From an uncultured Gemmatimonadales bacterium (lineage in GTDB: Bacteria > Gemmatimonadota > Gemmatimonadetes > Gemmatimonadales > GWC2-71-9), in contig CAWHFW010000001.1 of assembly GCA_963828735.1 (NCBI GenBank), positions 128,001-192,000 on the forward strand: DNA of 64,000 nucleotides. The letters are read 5' to 3'. Position numbers and translations under genes: made by a program. Within the stretch, counting starts at the first letter, position 1. Each line of letters begins with the position of its first letter. The notes below the pieces were generated by a model that searched no databases, had not been told where the DNA came from, and saw only the letters and a program-made list of their open reading frames with translations. Positions 29,551 through 42,683 of the stretch are shown one piece after another.

Positions 29551-30527
29551 CCGGCCGCGGGTACGGCGAGCGGCGACGTCCGCACGGCGGCCGCCACCCG
29601 GAGCGCGAGGGCCAGCGCGGCGCGTCCCTCCTCGCCGCTCACGACCACGTCGCGTCCGCCCCGCACGGCGTGGACGAAGCTCCGGAGCTCGAGTTGGAGC
29701 GCGTCCGCCTCGGGAGCTTCGAGAACGATTCGCTCGACGACATCCGACAGTGCATTGCCGGTGCCCGGACGCCAGTCGCCCCGGACCCGCATGAACTCGC
29801 CCGCGCCGCTGGCGAGGTCGAGCGACAGGTACCCATTCGGCTGGAATACGCGGAGCCGTCGCACGCGCTCCCGCGAGACGCGGCTCGCCGTGGCGAGCGC
29901 CACGGCCCCGTTGGCGAACTCGACGCGCGCGTTGGCGATGTCCAGATGGGAGCTGAGAAGCGGCAGTCCCGACGCCCGGACTTCCATGGCCTCCGCGCCG
30001 CCGGTGAGACGGAGCACGAGGTCGAGGTCGTGGATCATGAGGTCGAGCACCACCGCGACGTCGGTGCCGCGGGGCTGGAACGGGGCCAGGCGCTGGCTCT
30101 CGATGTACCGAGGGCCGTCGAGATAGGGCTCGGCCGCGCGGAGCGCCTGATTGTAGCGCTCGATGTGCCCGACCTGGAGCTGGAGTCCAGCCCGCTCCGC
30201 GGCGCCGATCAGCTGGTCGGCCTCGGCGAGCGTACCGGCGAGCGGTTTCTCCATGAGCACCGGGACGCCCCGCGCGAGCGCCTGGAGGCCGACGGTCGCG
30301 TGTGCCGGCGTGGGCACCGCGACCGTCACCGCCTCGACCCGGTCCAGCAGCGCCTCGAGATCGGTGAACGGCGTCGTCCCGATCTCGTCGGCGATCGTCC
30401 TGGCGCGCTCGGCGTCGATATCGAAGATGCCGACCAACCGGGCGTGCTCGAGCTGCGCCAGATGTCGTGCGTGATGCCGGCCCAGCGCGCCGACGCCGAC
30501 GACCCCGATCGGAAGCGGCGCGCTCAC
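29547..30527 (-). CDS. Gfo/Idh/MocA oxidoreductase, GnnA-like (UDP-GlcNAc 3-dehydrogenase candidate)
   Basis: [23 protein letters not shown] and [14 protein letters not shown] motifs; lies between lpxA and lpxB. Confidence 0.85.
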   Translation of the reverse strand: MSAPLPIGVVGVGALGRHHARHLAQLEHARLVGIFDIDAERARTIADEIGTTPFTDLEALLDRVEAVTVAVPTPAHATVGLQALARGVPVLMEKPLAGTLAEADQLIGAAERAGLQLQVGHIERYNQALRAAEPYLDGPRYIESQRLAPFQPRGTDVAVVLDLMIHDLDLVLRLTGGAEAMEVRASGLPLLSSHLDIANARVEFANGAVALATASRVSRERVRRLRVFQPNGYLSLDLASGAGEFMRVRGDWRPGTGNALSDVVERIVLEAPEADALQLELRSFVHAVRGGRDVVVSGEEGRAALALALRVAAAVRTSPLAVPAAG

Positions 30528-31300
30528 GCGGGCACGCCCCGCTCGGACGATTCGACGAAGGCGAGGAATCGCTCCACCTCCGGGGAAGTCGGGAGGTCGC
30601 TCCGGGCACGCTCGAGGGCCTGCGAGAGATTCAGCTCGGAGTTGAAGAACAGGCGGTACGCTCGCTTGAGCGCGGAGATGGTTTCGCCCGAGAAGCCGGC
30701 GCGCTGAAGGCCGATGGAATTGAGTCCATAGAGCTCCATCGGATTCCCGACCGCCTTCACGTACGGCGGGATGTCCTGATTGACCCGCGAGCCGCCGCCC
30801 ACGAACGCGAAGGTCCCGATGGTGACGAACTGGTGCACCGCGTTGAGCCCGCTCAGAATGGCGCGATCGTGGATGGTGACGTGGCCCGCGCACTGGGTCC
30901 CGTTGGCGATCGTGACCTCGTCGCCGATGTGACAGTCGTGGGCCAGATGCACGTAGGTCATGATGAAGCACCGTGCGCCTACCGTGGTGCGGAAGCTCTG
31001 CGAGGTGGCGCGGTTGATCGTGGTGTACTCACGGATGATCGTGCCGGCGCCGATCTCGACCCAGGTCTCTTCTCCCTTGAACTTGAGGTCTTGCGGGTCG
31101 CCGCCGAGGATCGACCCGTCGCCGACCTGCACCCCGTCGGCCAGGATCACATTGCGCACCAGCCGCGAGCGCGGGGCCAGGCGACAGCGATCGCCCACGG
31201 TGACCTGGGGCCCGACCATCACCCACGGGCCGATCTCCACCCCCGCCCCGATCCGGGCCGAAGGGTCGATGATGGCCGTCGGGTGGATGTGGGTGGTCAC
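30524..31300 (-). CDS. lpxA: Acyl-ACP--UDP-N-acetylglucosamine O-acyltransferase
   Basis: Hexapeptide repeats; PQDLKF, HLAHDC, VHQF and GLNSIGLQR motifs. Confidence 0.96.
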   Translation of the reverse strand: MTTHIHPTAIIDPSARIGAGVEIGPWVMVGPQVTVGDRCRLAPRSRLVRNVILADGVQVGDGSILGGDPQDLKFKGEETWVEIGAGTIIREYTTINRATSQSFRTTVGARCFIMTYVHLAHDCHIGDEVTIANGTQCAGHVTIHDRAILSGLNAVHQFVTIGTFAFVGGGSRVNQDIPPYVKAVGNPMELYGLNSIGLQRAGFSGETISALKRAYRLFFNSELNLSQALERARSDLPTSPEVERFLAFVESSERGVPA

Positions 31301-32571
31301 CGATCCACCACGCGGGCCATCATCTCCGCCTCGGCGACGACATTACCGTCCACGTACGCCACGCCCTTCATGCGGCAGGTGCGCCCGCGGTTCTGCAGCA
31401 TCTCGAGCTCGCATCGCAGCTGGTCTCCCGGCGTGACGGGGCGCCGGAACTTCACGTTGTCGAGCGACATGAAGTACACCACCTTCTGGTCCGGATCCTC
31501 GATGGTGCCGAGCAGGAGCATTCCCCCGACCTGCGCCATCGCCTCGATGATGAGGACGCCCGGCATGATAGGATGCCCCGGGAAGTGGCCCTGGAAGAAC
31601 GGCTCGTTGATGGTGACGTTCTTGATCCCGACGATCCGCTTGGTCCCTTCCACCTCGAGGATGCGATCCACGAGCAGGAAGGGATACCGGTGGGGAATCA
31701 CGTCCAGGATCCGGCCGATGTCCATCGCCACGCCTCCGTCGCGCTGCGCGGTGCGGGTGAGCCAGCGGGCGAGCGCGATATTGCCCTGATGGCTTGGCTT
31801 GGTCGCGATCACGTGCGCCTGGACCCGCCCGCCGACCAGCGCGAGGTCGCCCAGGATGTCGGCGGTCTTGTGGCGGACGAACTCGTCCGGCCACCGGAGC
31901 GCGGCGCCGCCGACCAGGCCGTCCTCCGAGAGCACCAGCGTGGAGTCGAGCGCCGCGCCGAGGGCCAGGCCGCGGGCGCGGAGCGCCTCGGCCTCACGAA
32001 GGAAGCCGAAGGTGCGCGCGCCCGCCAGCTCCCGCCGGAATTCGTCGGTCGTGATGTCGTAGGCGCCGCTCTGTCGGCCGATCAGCGGGTGCGCCCACTC
32101 GATGGTGGTGGTGAGGCGGAGCGTGCGCGCGGGCGCCACGACGTAGGACGACTCGCCTTCGGCGAGCTGGAACGGCGCCGTCACCCGATAGATCGTCGGC
32201 TGGCCGGCGGTGGTCTCGACGCCGGCGTCGGTCAGCGCGGCGAGGAACGGCGTGAACGATCCGTCGCCGATGGGCGGCTCGGGGCCGTCGAGCTCGACCG
32301 TCAGGTCGTCGAGCTCGAGCGCGGCGGCGGCGGCCAGCAGGTGCTCGACGGTCTGGACGGTCACCTCACCGTCGCCCAGTGCCGTGCGCCGATCGGTGGA
32401 CTGCACCTCGGCGACGCGGGCCGGAATCTCGGGCGCGCCGGGCAGGTCGATCCGGCGGAAGACAATGCCCTGCCCGGACGCCGCGCCGACGCAGCGCGCG
32501 GTCGCGTCCCGCCCGGTGTGCAGGCCGACGCCCCGGATCTCGGCCGTCGCGGCCAGCGTTCGCCTACCCAT
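31297..32571 (-). CDS. lpxC/fabZ: Bifunctional LpxC deacetylase / FabZ dehydratase
   Basis: GVGLHTG, TVEHLL and [13 protein letters not shown] (LpxC), then [11 protein letters not shown] and [15 protein letters not shown] (FabZ). Confidence 0.95.
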   Translation of the reverse strand: MGRRTLAATAEIRGVGLHTGRDATARCVGAASGQGIVFRRIDLPGAPEIPARVAEVQSTDRRTALGDGEVTVQTVEHLLAAAAALELDDLTVELDGPEPPIGDGSFTPFLAALTDAGVETTAGQPTIYRVTAPFQLAEGESSYVVAPARTLRLTTTIEWAHPLIGRQSGAYDITTDEFRRELAGARTFGFLREAEALRARGLALGAALDSTLVLSEDGLVGGAALRWPDEFVRHKTADILGDLALVGGRVQAHVIATKPSHQGNIALARWLTRTAQRDGGVAMDIGRILDVIPHRYPFLLVDRILEVEGTKRIVGIKNVTINEPFFQGHFPGHPIMPGVLIIEAMAQVGGMLLLGTIEDPDQKVVYFMSLDNVKFRRPVTPGDQLRCELEMLQNRGRTCRMKGVAYVDGNVVAEAEMMARVVDR

Positions 32572-33598
32572 CGCGGGTCGCCTCCGACACCAGTCGCTCG
32601 AGGTCCGAGATGATCGGAACCACTCGGTAGAGTGCCGCCTGGGCCCGGAGAAACTGGCGGTGGGGACGCGCGGGGTGGCCGCTGAAGGATGCCCCCGGCG
32701 AGACGTCGCCGAACACGGCGCTCTTCGCCGCCAACCGTGCCCCGTTCCCGATGACCAGGTGATCGGTGATGCCGACGTGACCCGCGAGAATCACGTCGTT
32801 CCCGATCCGGGTGCTGCCGGCGATGCCGACGCCCGCCATGATCAGGCACCGCTCGCCGATACGGACGTTGTGTCCGACGTGTACCAGGTTGTCGACCTTG
32901 GTGCCGCGGCCAACGACCGTGTCGTTGACGCTGCCCCGGTCGACGCAGGAATTGGAGCCGATCTCCACCTCGTCCTCGATGATGCAGGCACCCACGTGGG
33001 GAATCCGGCGATGTCCACCGTCGGCCGGAAGGTAACCGAAGCCCGGGCCGCCGAGCACCGCTCCCGCCTTGATCACCACCCGCGCGCCGACTGTCGTTTC
33101 CGTGTACAGCACGGCCCGCGGGCCGATGACGGTGTCCTCACCGACAGTCACGCCGTCACCGAGCGACACGCCCTCCGCGAGGACACACCGGTCCCCCAGC
33201 CGGACGCCGCGGCCGAGAACGACGTAGGGCCCGACGCACACATCGCGTCCGAGCGTGCACCCCGCCCCGAGGCGCGCCGTGGGATCGATGCCCGGCGCCG
33301 ATACGGCCGGGGGAAAGAGCGCTCCGATGACTCGCACCATCGCCGCATAGGGATCGCCGACGACGATTCGTGTGCTCGGCCCTCCGGGCACTTCGGCCAG
33401 GCCGTCGGGAATGAGCACCGCGCCCGCCCGGCACGCGCGCAGCTCCTCCGCGTATCGCGGCGAGACGGCCAGGGAGATGGCCTCGGGGCCGGCGCTGTCC
33501 AGCGCGCGAACGGCGCGCAACAGCACGGTCCCATCGCCAAGCAGGCGGCCACCGACGAGGTCGGCGACCGCCTGCGCGGTGAGGCCAGTCGACGTCAC
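32564..33598 (-). CDS. lpxD: UDP-3-O-acylglucosamine N-acyltransferase
   Basis: Hexapeptide repeats; GFGY, IPHVG and TKVDNLVHVGHNV motifs. Confidence 0.95.
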   Translation of the reverse strand: MTSTGLTAQAVADLVGGRLLGDGTVLLRAVRALDSAGPEAISLAVSPRYAEELRACRAGAVLIPDGLAEVPGGPSTRIVVGDPYAAMVRVIGALFPPAVSAPGIDPTARLGAGCTLGRDVCVGPYVVLGRGVRLGDRCVLAEGVSLGDGVTVGEDTVIGPRAVLYTETTVGARVVIKAGAVLGGPGFGYLPADGGHRRIPHVGACIIEDEVEIGSNSCVDRGSVNDTVVGRGTKVDNLVHVGHNVRIGERCLIMAGVGIAGSTRIGNDVILAGHVGITDHLVIGNGARLAAKSAVFGDVSPGASFSGHPARPHRQFLRAQAALYRVVPIISDLERLVSEATRDG

Positions 33599-33602
33599 GG
33601 GC

Positions 33603-34139
33603 TCAGGTGCCCGACTTGAGTTGCTGGATGATCTTCTGCGTGAGGTCCAACGACTTGTCGGCCGTGACGATGCCGCTGTTGGGCGCGCTCACGTCGAAGA
33701 TCATGGCGTAGTTGCCGGAGGCCCGAACGCCCTCGATCACGCTGTTCACCTTGGTCTGGATGGGGTCGAGCAGCTCGCGCTCGCGACCCGCGGCACGCTG
33801 CTGCAGCTCCTGCGTACGCTGCTCGAGCTTCTGCTGCTGACCTTCCAGATCCTTGCGCTTGGCCGCCCGTTGCGTCGGGCTCAACATGACGCTCTGCTGC
33901 TCGAAGTCGGACGCCGCGGAGTCCAGGCTCGCCTGCAGCTTCTGGACTTCGCCTCGGTAGGTCTGGAGCTCCTTGGTGAACGTAGACTCCGCCTGTGCAT
34001 AGCCCGGCGTCGACTTGAGGATGGCCTGGGTGTTGACGTAGGCCAGCTTCACGCCGCCGGCCTGCTGAGCCGCCGCGGGCGCGGCGAAACAGGCGAGGGC
34101 GAGAAGGGTGGTCCAGGCACCTACGAGGGACAGCTTCAT
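33603..34139 (-). CDS. skp: OmpH/Skp periplasmic chaperone
   Basis: Signal peptide, KLAYVN, coiled coil and DLTQKII; lies between bamA and lpxD. Confidence 0.9.
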   Translation of the reverse strand: MKLSLVGAWTTLLALACFAAPAAAQQAGGVKLAYVNTQAILKSTPGYAQAESTFTKELQTYRGEVQKLQASLDSAASDFEQQSVMLSPTQRAAKRKDLEGQQQKLEQRTQELQQRAAGRERELLDPIQTKVNSVIEGVRASGNYAMIFDVSAPNSGIVTADKSLDLTQKIIQQLKSGT

Positions 34140-34166
34140 GCGTTGCTCCAGATGAAAGGTGACCGA

Positions 34167-36554
34167 TTAGAAGAAGTTGCCCAGCTTGAAGTGCACCTGC
34201 CACCCCGGGGCGGGACGGCCCAGCGCATCGACTTTGTCGAACCCGTAGCCCAGGTCCACGCCGATCGGTCCGAGTGGCGAGATCACCGCGGCGCCGACGC
34301 CGGCGCCGCGGAACAGCCGGGTCGGATCCCACTGACGCGCGCTCCGATACACGTTGCCCGCGTCGAAAAAGGCGTCCAGGTACATCGACTGGCTGATCCG
34401 CGCGCCCGCTTCCACCGTGAAGGCGGCGTACGACTTGCCGAAGGCATCCGGACTGGCCTGGTTGCCGCTCGCCGACGGGTCGAACCCGTTGGGGGTGATG
34501 GAGAACTCGTCGTAGCCGCGCAACGGGATGCCGTACTGCACCCCGCCGAGCGCGTACAATTCGGTGAAGAACGGCCCGGGGTCACCGAAGACGAATCCCG
34601 ACTTCGCGGTGAGCCCTAGCACGAACTGTACCCCCGCGCCGAGCTGCCCTCCTCCGCCCATGGTGCCGAGGGGCGCGTAGTAGCGCGTCTCGAGGTCCAG
34701 CTTCTGGTAGTGTCCGGTCCCGCCCAGGAAGCCGCCGTTCAGCTCGCCGCTCACGTTGGTGAGGGAGCCGCCGGTCGCGAAGGGCAGCCCGATGCGCGTG
34801 TCGCGGAGGATGCTCGACCCGAGCGTCGAGCGGACGCACGACGTGCAGCTGTAGCGAGCCCGGAGGTCCGCCGATCCCTCGCTGTAGGTCACGTGCTGGT
34901 ACGAGTACGAGGTGAAGAACCGGGTGTACCGCGAGCCCAGGAAGGGGAAGCCGAGCTGCAGGCTGCCGCCGGTCTGCTTCCGGCGGCCGAGGTCACCGAC
35001 CGTGTAGCGGGCGCGGGAATCGAAGAGCGTGACGGTCCCGGAGATCCGGCTCTCCCGGATGGTCGGATCGGTGTAGCTCAGCGTGAAATCGTTGATGTTC
35101 TTGCCGAACTGCCACTGCAGCTTGCCGCGCTTGCCCTTGCCGAACAGGTTCGGCTCCTCGAGACCGAGGAACCCGCCCACGCCGGTCCCCTGCCCCAGCG
35201 ACGCGCCGAAATTGATGTTGCCGGTCCGCTTCTCCTCGACGCGGAAGGTGATGTCCACGTCCACGCCGTTGGCGGCCGGTTTCACGTCCGGGCTCGGCAT
35301 CGGCTGCTGGAAGAAGCCCAGGTTCGAGACGTTCTGGTACGAGCGGATCAGGCGGTCGCGGCTGAAGAGATCGCCCGGGAGCATGACGATCGCCTCGCGG
35401 ATCACGCGCTCGTGGGTCACGTCGTTGCCGACGATCTCGACCTTGTTGATGGTGGCCGGCGAGCCCTCCCGGATGGACCAGCGGAGATCCACGACGGGCT
35501 TGCCGTCGCGGCTGGTGTGCCGGATTTCGGTCGGCTCGACCTGGGCGTAGATGTAGCCGTTGTTGGCGTAGAGGTTCTGGAGCTTTTCGGTGGCACCGTC
35601 CCACTGCGACTGGCTGAACGCCCGTGGACCGCCGAGGGGGCCGCCGGTCGAACCCACCGGCCCGAAGGGGTAGTACACCTGCAGCTCCTCGCTCGAGAAG
35701 CGCCGATTGCCCTCGATGTCAAAGGTCCCGACCTGATACGGCTCTCCTTCGTCGATCGTGAGGTGGAGGACCGCCTTGCCGCCGGCCGAATCGGCGATCA
35801 GCGAATCATGCGTCACCTGCATGTCGACATAGCCGTGGTCGGCATACCAGCGCGGAAGCCCCTCGCGCACGTCCTGGTCCACCTTGCGCTCGTCGTACTC
35901 GCCCTTCTGGAACCACCAGAAGCCCTCGGGCCGAGTGGCCATGTGCTTGACCACCTGTCCGTCCGAAAAGTGCTTGTTGCCGTCGACGCTCACCTGGCTG
36001 ATGGCCACCCGCTGCCCCTCCTGCACGTCGAAGACGAGGCGGAGGTGGCCATTGTCCTGGGGGAGCTCGAGCGCCTTGATCTGTGCGCTGTAGTAGCCTG
36101 CGTGCTTGTAGAGCGAGTCGATGGCCGCGCGGCTCTGCTCGATGGCGTTCCGGTCCACCGGCCGCCCGTCGCTCAGCTTCACGCGACCCTTGACCTCGCC
36201 CTCCGAGAGCTTCGTGACACCGCGGACCGCCCACTTCTCGAGGATGGGCCGCTCCTTCACGCGGAGGGTCAGCATCAGGCCGTTCCCGAACGGCTGCTGC
36301 TCGACGAGCACATCGTCGAACTGCCCCGTGCGGAACAGGGCCGTGATGGCCCGCTGAATGTCGCGGTAGTTGACGGGTTGCTTCGCGATGAGCCCGGAGG
36401 TGCCGATGATCTGGGACGCAGTGAGCCGCCCATTCCCCACGACGGCGATGCTGTCGATGGTGGGCGGCTGTTGGTCCTGGGCCGGCAGCACCGCCGGGGC
36501 CCCGATCAGGAGGGCCCCGGCGGCGGCCATGGAGAGAAAACGCGGCATCCGCAC
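34167..36554 (-). CDS. bamA: Outer membrane protein assembly factor BamA
   Basis: POTRA repeats, NLFGKG, LRGY, SPLGPIGVDLGYG and terminal Phe. Confidence 0.95.
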   Translation of the reverse strand: MRMPRFLSMAAAGALLIGAPAVLPAQDQQPPTIDSIAVVGNGRLTASQIIGTSGLIAKQPVNYRDIQRAITALFRTGQFDDVLVEQQPFGNGLMLTLRVKERPILEKWAVRGVTKLSEGEVKGRVKLSDGRPVDRNAIEQSRAAIDSLYKHAGYYSAQIKALELPQDNGHLRLVFDVQEGQRVAISQVSVDGNKHFSDGQVVKHMATRPEGFWWFQKGEYDERKVDQDVREGLPRWYADHGYVDMQVTHDSLIADSAGGKAVLHLTIDEGEPYQVGTFDIEGNRRFSSEELQVYYPFGPVGSTGGPLGGPRAFSQSQWDGATEKLQNLYANNGYIYAQVEPTEIRHTSRDGKPVVDLRWSIREGSPATINKVEIVGNDVTHERVIREAIVMLPGDLFSRDRLIRSYQNVSNLGFFQQPMPSPDVKPAANGVDVDITFRVEEKRTGNINFGASLGQGTGVGGFLGLEEPNLFGKGKRGKLQWQFGKNINDFTLSYTDPTIRESRISGTVTLFDSRARYTVGDLGRRKQTGGSLQLGFPFLGSRYTRFFTSYSYQHVTYSEGSADLRARYSCTSCVRSTLGSSILRDTRIGLPFATGGSLTNVSGELNGGFLGGTGHYQKLDLETRYYAPLGTMGGGGQLGAGVQFVLGLTAKSGFVFGDPGPFFTELYALGGVQYGIPLRGYDEFSITPNGFDPSASGNQASPDAFGKSYAAFTVEAGARISQSMYLDAFFDAGNVYRSARQWDPTRLFRGAGVGAAVISPLGPIGVDLGYGFDKVDALGRPAPGWQVHFKLGNFF

Positions 36555-36602
36555 TCGGTCGGAGGTGGGCGCGCCGGCTCGGGGAGTCGGCGCGGAGCGG
36601 GA

Positions 36603-39077
<2,475 letters not shown>

Positions 39078-39116
39078 CGCGGTACCCTACGTTGCTCCGA
39101 GGCTCGCCGCCGTGGC

Positions 39117-40199
39117 TCATCCACGGCGTCCCACTTCGGATTCCAACACTTTTCGCACGAAACGTGCCCGCCGCAGCGGCAGGTCCGAGTCGTCGGGCGA
39201 GATGCCTTCCGCCACCGCCAGGTGCGCGGGCTGGGTGTAGATCAGGAGCTTGTTCAGCGTGTACATCGCGACGTCGGGGATCAGCCCGACGCCCACTCCG
39301 AGGCGCACCCCGCTCAGGAGATTCATCGCCTCGTCGAACGACAGCGAGCGCGCATACCGGAGCAGACCGTAGGCCCGCCACACCTTGTCTTCGATGACCG
39401 TCGGCGCGTCGCGGAGGAGCACCTGGCGCGCTTGCTCCTCGTAGTCCATCACCTGCCGTACCATCTTGCCGAGGTGGTCGATGAGCTCGCGTTCCGAACT
39501 GCCGAGCGTCGTCTGGTTCGACAACTGAAAGAAGTTGCCGACCACCTCGCTCCCCTCGCCGTATAGGCCGCGATAGGTCAGCCCGACCTGCGCGAGCCCC
39601 TGCAGAACCTTGTTGATTTCCTTGGTGAGGACGAGCCCGGGCAGGTGGATCAACACCGACGCACGGAGCCCGGTCCCGACGTTCGTCGGACAGGAGGTAA
39701 GATAACCGAACTCAGGATGAAATGCGAAAGCAAGTCGTTGTCCCAGTTCGGCGTCCAGCCGGTCCACTTCGGTGTAGGTCTGGTCGAGCGCGAACCCGGA
39801 ATGGAGCCCCTGGATCCGGAGGTGATCCTCCTCGTTCAGCATGACGCCGAACCGGTCCCGGATCAGCACCGAGGCCCCGGACCGGACCCTGGCCTCCGCC
39901 TCGAGTCCAGCCAGCTCCTTGCTCACCAGGTGGCGCTCGTGCAGGAGCTGACGGTCCAGCCGGTCAAGCCGATCCAGCCGGAACCGGGTGGCCCCGCGGA
40001 GCAGGACGGACTCCCGGGCGGCCCGCTCGACCACATCGAGCACCTGCTCCCGCTCGGTCTCGGACGTCCGGCCCTGAAACACGTGCTCCGCAAGGTTCCG
40101 GGCCAGCCGGATCCGCGTCGAGAGCACTAGGTGGCTCGACGGGCCGCTCGCGTCGAGCCAGCCTACTCCGCCATCGGCCAGGAGGCTCAAGTCGATCAT
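39117..40199 (-). CDS. mcsB: Protein arginine kinase McsB
   Basis: STRIRLARN, NEEDHLRIQ, GYLTSCPTNVGTGLRAS and QLSNQTTLG motifs. Confidence 0.95.
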   Translation of the reverse strand: MIDLSLLADGGVGWLDASGPSSHLVLSTRIRLARNLAEHVFQGRTSETEREQVLDVVERAARESVLLRGATRFRLDRLDRLDRQLLHERHLVSKELAGLEAEARVRSGASVLIRDRFGVMLNEEDHLRIQGLHSGFALDQTYTEVDRLDAELGQRLAFAFHPEFGYLTSCPTNVGTGLRASVLIHLPGLVLTKEINKVLQGLAQVGLTYRGLYGEGSEVVGNFFQLSNQTTLGSSERELIDHLGKMVRQVMDYEEQARQVLLRDAPTVIEDKVWRAYGLLRYARSLSFDEAMNLLSGVRLGVGVGLIPDVAMYTLNKLLIYTQPAHLAVAEGISPDDSDLPLRRARFVRKVLESEVGRRG

Positions 40200-40681
40200 T
40201 CGACCACCCGGAGCCGATCCCGCAGCTCGGCGGCCAGCTCGAAGTTCTCGGTCTCGACGGCGAGGCGGAGCTGCTCCCGGAGATCGGACGCCTGCTCCCG
40301 GGCCGCCTGGGGCTCCCGCTCCGCGTAGCGCTCTCCCAGGTGGTGGGTCGAACCGTGCAGCCGCCGCAGCAGGTCCCGAAGCGGGGTCTCGAACGTGCGG
40401 TAACAGTCCGGGCAGCCGAGGCGGCCGGTCTCGCGGAAATCCTGAAATGTTGCGCCGCACCGCTGGCAGGTGTCGCCGGTGCGCGTGGCCGGCAACTGTT
40501 CGGCGCCCTTCCCCATGGCCGCGAGGAAACTGCCGAGGGGGGTCTTCACGGTGGACCCGGGACTTTCCACCCCCTTCTCCTCCGCGCATTTCTCGCAGAG
40601 GTGGAGCGTGGTTACCTGCTCGTTCACGATCTGCGTGAGATGGATGACTGCTTCACGCTCGCGGCATTGATCGCAGGACAT
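40196..40681 (-). CDS. mcsA: McsA arginine kinase activator
   Basis: Four CxxC pairs (CDQC, CEKC, CQRC, CPDC) and C-terminal UVR motif ENFELAAELRD. Confidence 0.93.
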   Translation of the reverse strand: MSCDQCREREAVIHLTQIVNEQVTTLHLCEKCAEEKGVESPGSTVKTPLGSFLAAMGKGAEQLPATRTGDTCQRCGATFQDFRETGRLGCPDCYRTFETPLRDLLRRLHGSTHHLGERYAEREPQAAREQASDLREQLRLAVETENFELAAELRDRLRVVE

Positions 40682-41382
40682 CAGGGCATCGACTCCACGC
40701 CCGCCAGCGGCACCAGGCGTCCCCCGTCCAGGGACAGGACCCGATCGGCCCGGGCGGCCAGCAGGCGATTGTGCGTCACGACGACGAGCGCTGTCTCGAA
40801 CTCACGGGCGAGACGCGCGAACAGCTCGTGGAGTCGCTCGCTGTTGCCGTGATCCAGATTGCCCGACGGTTCGTCCGCGAGCACGACGACCGGATCGGTG
40901 GCGAGGGCGCGCGCCACGGCCGCCCGCTGCTGCTCGCCGCCCGACAGCGCTGACGGGCGATGCGTCATCCGACCCGCCAGCCCGACCGCGGCGAGCAGCT
41001 CCTCCGCGCGCGAGCGGGCCCGGTCTTCGGCTTCCCCGGCGATCAGCAGCGGCATCATCACGTTCTCCTGCGCGCTGAACTCCCGCAGCAGGTGGTGAAA
41101 CTGAAACACGAATCCGATCTTCCGGTTCCGGACAGCCGAGAGCGCGTCGGCGGATTGCTCGCCGTAGTCCAGGCCGTCCAGCCGCACGCTCCCGGCCGTC
41201 GGCGCGTCGAGGGCGCCGAGCAGATGGAGGAGCGTGCTCTTGCCGGAGCCACTCGCGCCGACGATCGCGACGAACTCCCCGCGTCCGACGGCGAGATCCA
41301 CGCCGGACAAGACCTCGATCGGCGTGCCGTCCCCGCCTCGGTAGAGCTTCCTGAGCCCCTGGGCCTCGAGGATGGCGCTCAT
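40681..41382 (-). CDS. lolD: Lipoprotein-releasing ABC transporter ATPase LolD
   Basis: [27 protein letters not shown] and ADEPSGNLD motifs. Confidence 0.9.
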   Translation of the reverse strand: MSAILEAQGLRKLYRGGDGTPIEVLSGVDLAVGRGEFVAIVGASGSGKSTLLHLLGALDAPTAGSVRLDGLDYGEQSADALSAVRNRKIGFVFQFHHLLREFSAQENVMMPLLIAGEAEDRARSRAEELLAAVGLAGRMTHRPSALSGGEQQRAAVARALATDPVVVLADEPSGNLDHGNSERLHELFARLAREFETALVVVTHNRLLAARADRVLSLDGGRLVPLAGVESMP

Positions 41383-42683
41383 TCGTGGCGGATGGCGTCG
41401 ACCGGTGTGAGGCCCGCGGCCGATCGTGAGGGGTACAGCGTCGCGAGCACCGCGATGGCCAGGCTGGCGACGACGACGACCAGGACGTCCCGCGCTTCCA
41501 CATGCACGGGCAGGTGATCGATGAAGTAGACCGCCGGGTTGATGCGCACCCAGCCCGACCGGTCGACCACGTAGGCCACGGTGAGGCCGACCAGCAGTCC
41601 GATCGCCGTGCCGACGCCGCCGATCACCGCGCCCTGGAGGAGGAACACCCGGGCGACGGCGGGCGACGTCAGGCCCATCGCACGGAGGATGCCGATCTCG
41701 CGGGTCTTGTCCGATACGACCATGGTCAGGGTGCCCACGATGTTGAACGCGGCCACCACCATGATGAAGAAGATAATCAGGCCCATGGCCAGCTTCTCCA
41801 ACTGGAGCGCGCTGAACAGGCTCGCGTTCTGGGTCTGCCAGTCGAGGCTGCGATACGGATACCCCAGCCGCTTCTCCAGCGCCGCGCCGATGGCCGGGGC
41901 GTGATCCGGGTCGTCCACGCGGACGGCGATTCCCGAGACCGCATCGCCCAGGCCGGTGAACTTCTGCGCCACGTCCCGCCGCACCACGACGAACTGGTTG
42001 TCGTACTGGAACATGCCGGTGTCGAACAGCCCGCTCACCTCGAAGCGCCAGAACCGCGGCACCGCGATACCGAGGGCGGGGTTGACCTTGGCCTCGGTCA
42101 CCGGCACGAGGGTGACGACATCGCCCGGGTAGACCGAGAGCCGATTGGCCAGCCTCGAGCCCAGCAGGATTCCGCCGTCGACGTTCGGCTTGGTCGTCCG
42201 GAACGAGAGATCGCCCTGCCGGATGGATTGTGGCAAGGACGTGACCGAATGCGTGCCCGTGTCGGGGTCGAACCCCACAAGGTTGACGCCTTCCCCGTAG
42301 TCCTGTCCCGCGGTGATGCCGGCCTGGCTGATGACTTCCGGAGCGGCGGCGACGACGCCCGGCTCGCGCCGTACGGCCTCGAGCACCTTCCGCCAATCGT
42401 CCATCCGCAGCCCGGCGCCGAAGGTGAGCACGCGAAGGTGCGGGTTGGCGACCAGGATCCGCTGGCGGAGATCGTCGCGCAGCCCGTTCATCACGCCCAA
42501 GACCACGATCAAAGCAGTGACTCCGACCGCGACGCCCCCGATCGAGATGACCGTATTGAGCGAGGCCGTCCGTGAGGTCCTCCGACTCCGGAGGTACCGT
42601 CGGGCGATGCGCCACTCGAGCGGCCGCGGCCAGCGGAAGATCGACCGGACATCGGCGCGCTCGGAGATCGGACCCACCCCCAT
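41379..42683 (-). CDS. lolE: Lipoprotein-releasing ABC transporter permease LolC/E
   Basis: [25 protein letters not shown] and VYFIDHLP motifs. Confidence 0.88.
   Translation of the reverse strand: MGVGPISERADVRSIFRWPRPLEWRIARRYLRSRRTSRTASLNTVISIGGVAVGVTALIVVLGVMNGLRDDLRQRILVANPHLRVLTFGAGLRMDDWRKVLEAVRREPGVVAAAPEVISQAGITAGQDYGEGVNLVGFDPDTGTHSVTSLPQSIRQGDLSFRTTKPNVDGGILLGSRLANRLSVYPGDVVTLVPVTEAKVNPALGIAVPRFWRFEVSGLFDTGMFQYDNQFVVVRRDVAQKFTGLGDAVSGIAVRVDDPDHAPAIGAALEKRLGYPYRSLDWQTQNASLFSALQLEKLAMGLIIFFIMVVAAFNIVGTLTMVVSDKTREIGILRAMGLTSPAVARVFLLQGAVIGGVGTAIGLLVGLTVAYVVDRSGWVRINPAVYFIDHLPVHVEARDVLVVVVASLAIAVLATLYPSRSAAGLTPVDAIRHE

Noticed and set aside
31297..32571. LpxC-FabZ fusion as a novelty
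   Set aside because: A known bifunctional architecture in Bacteroidota and related phyla.
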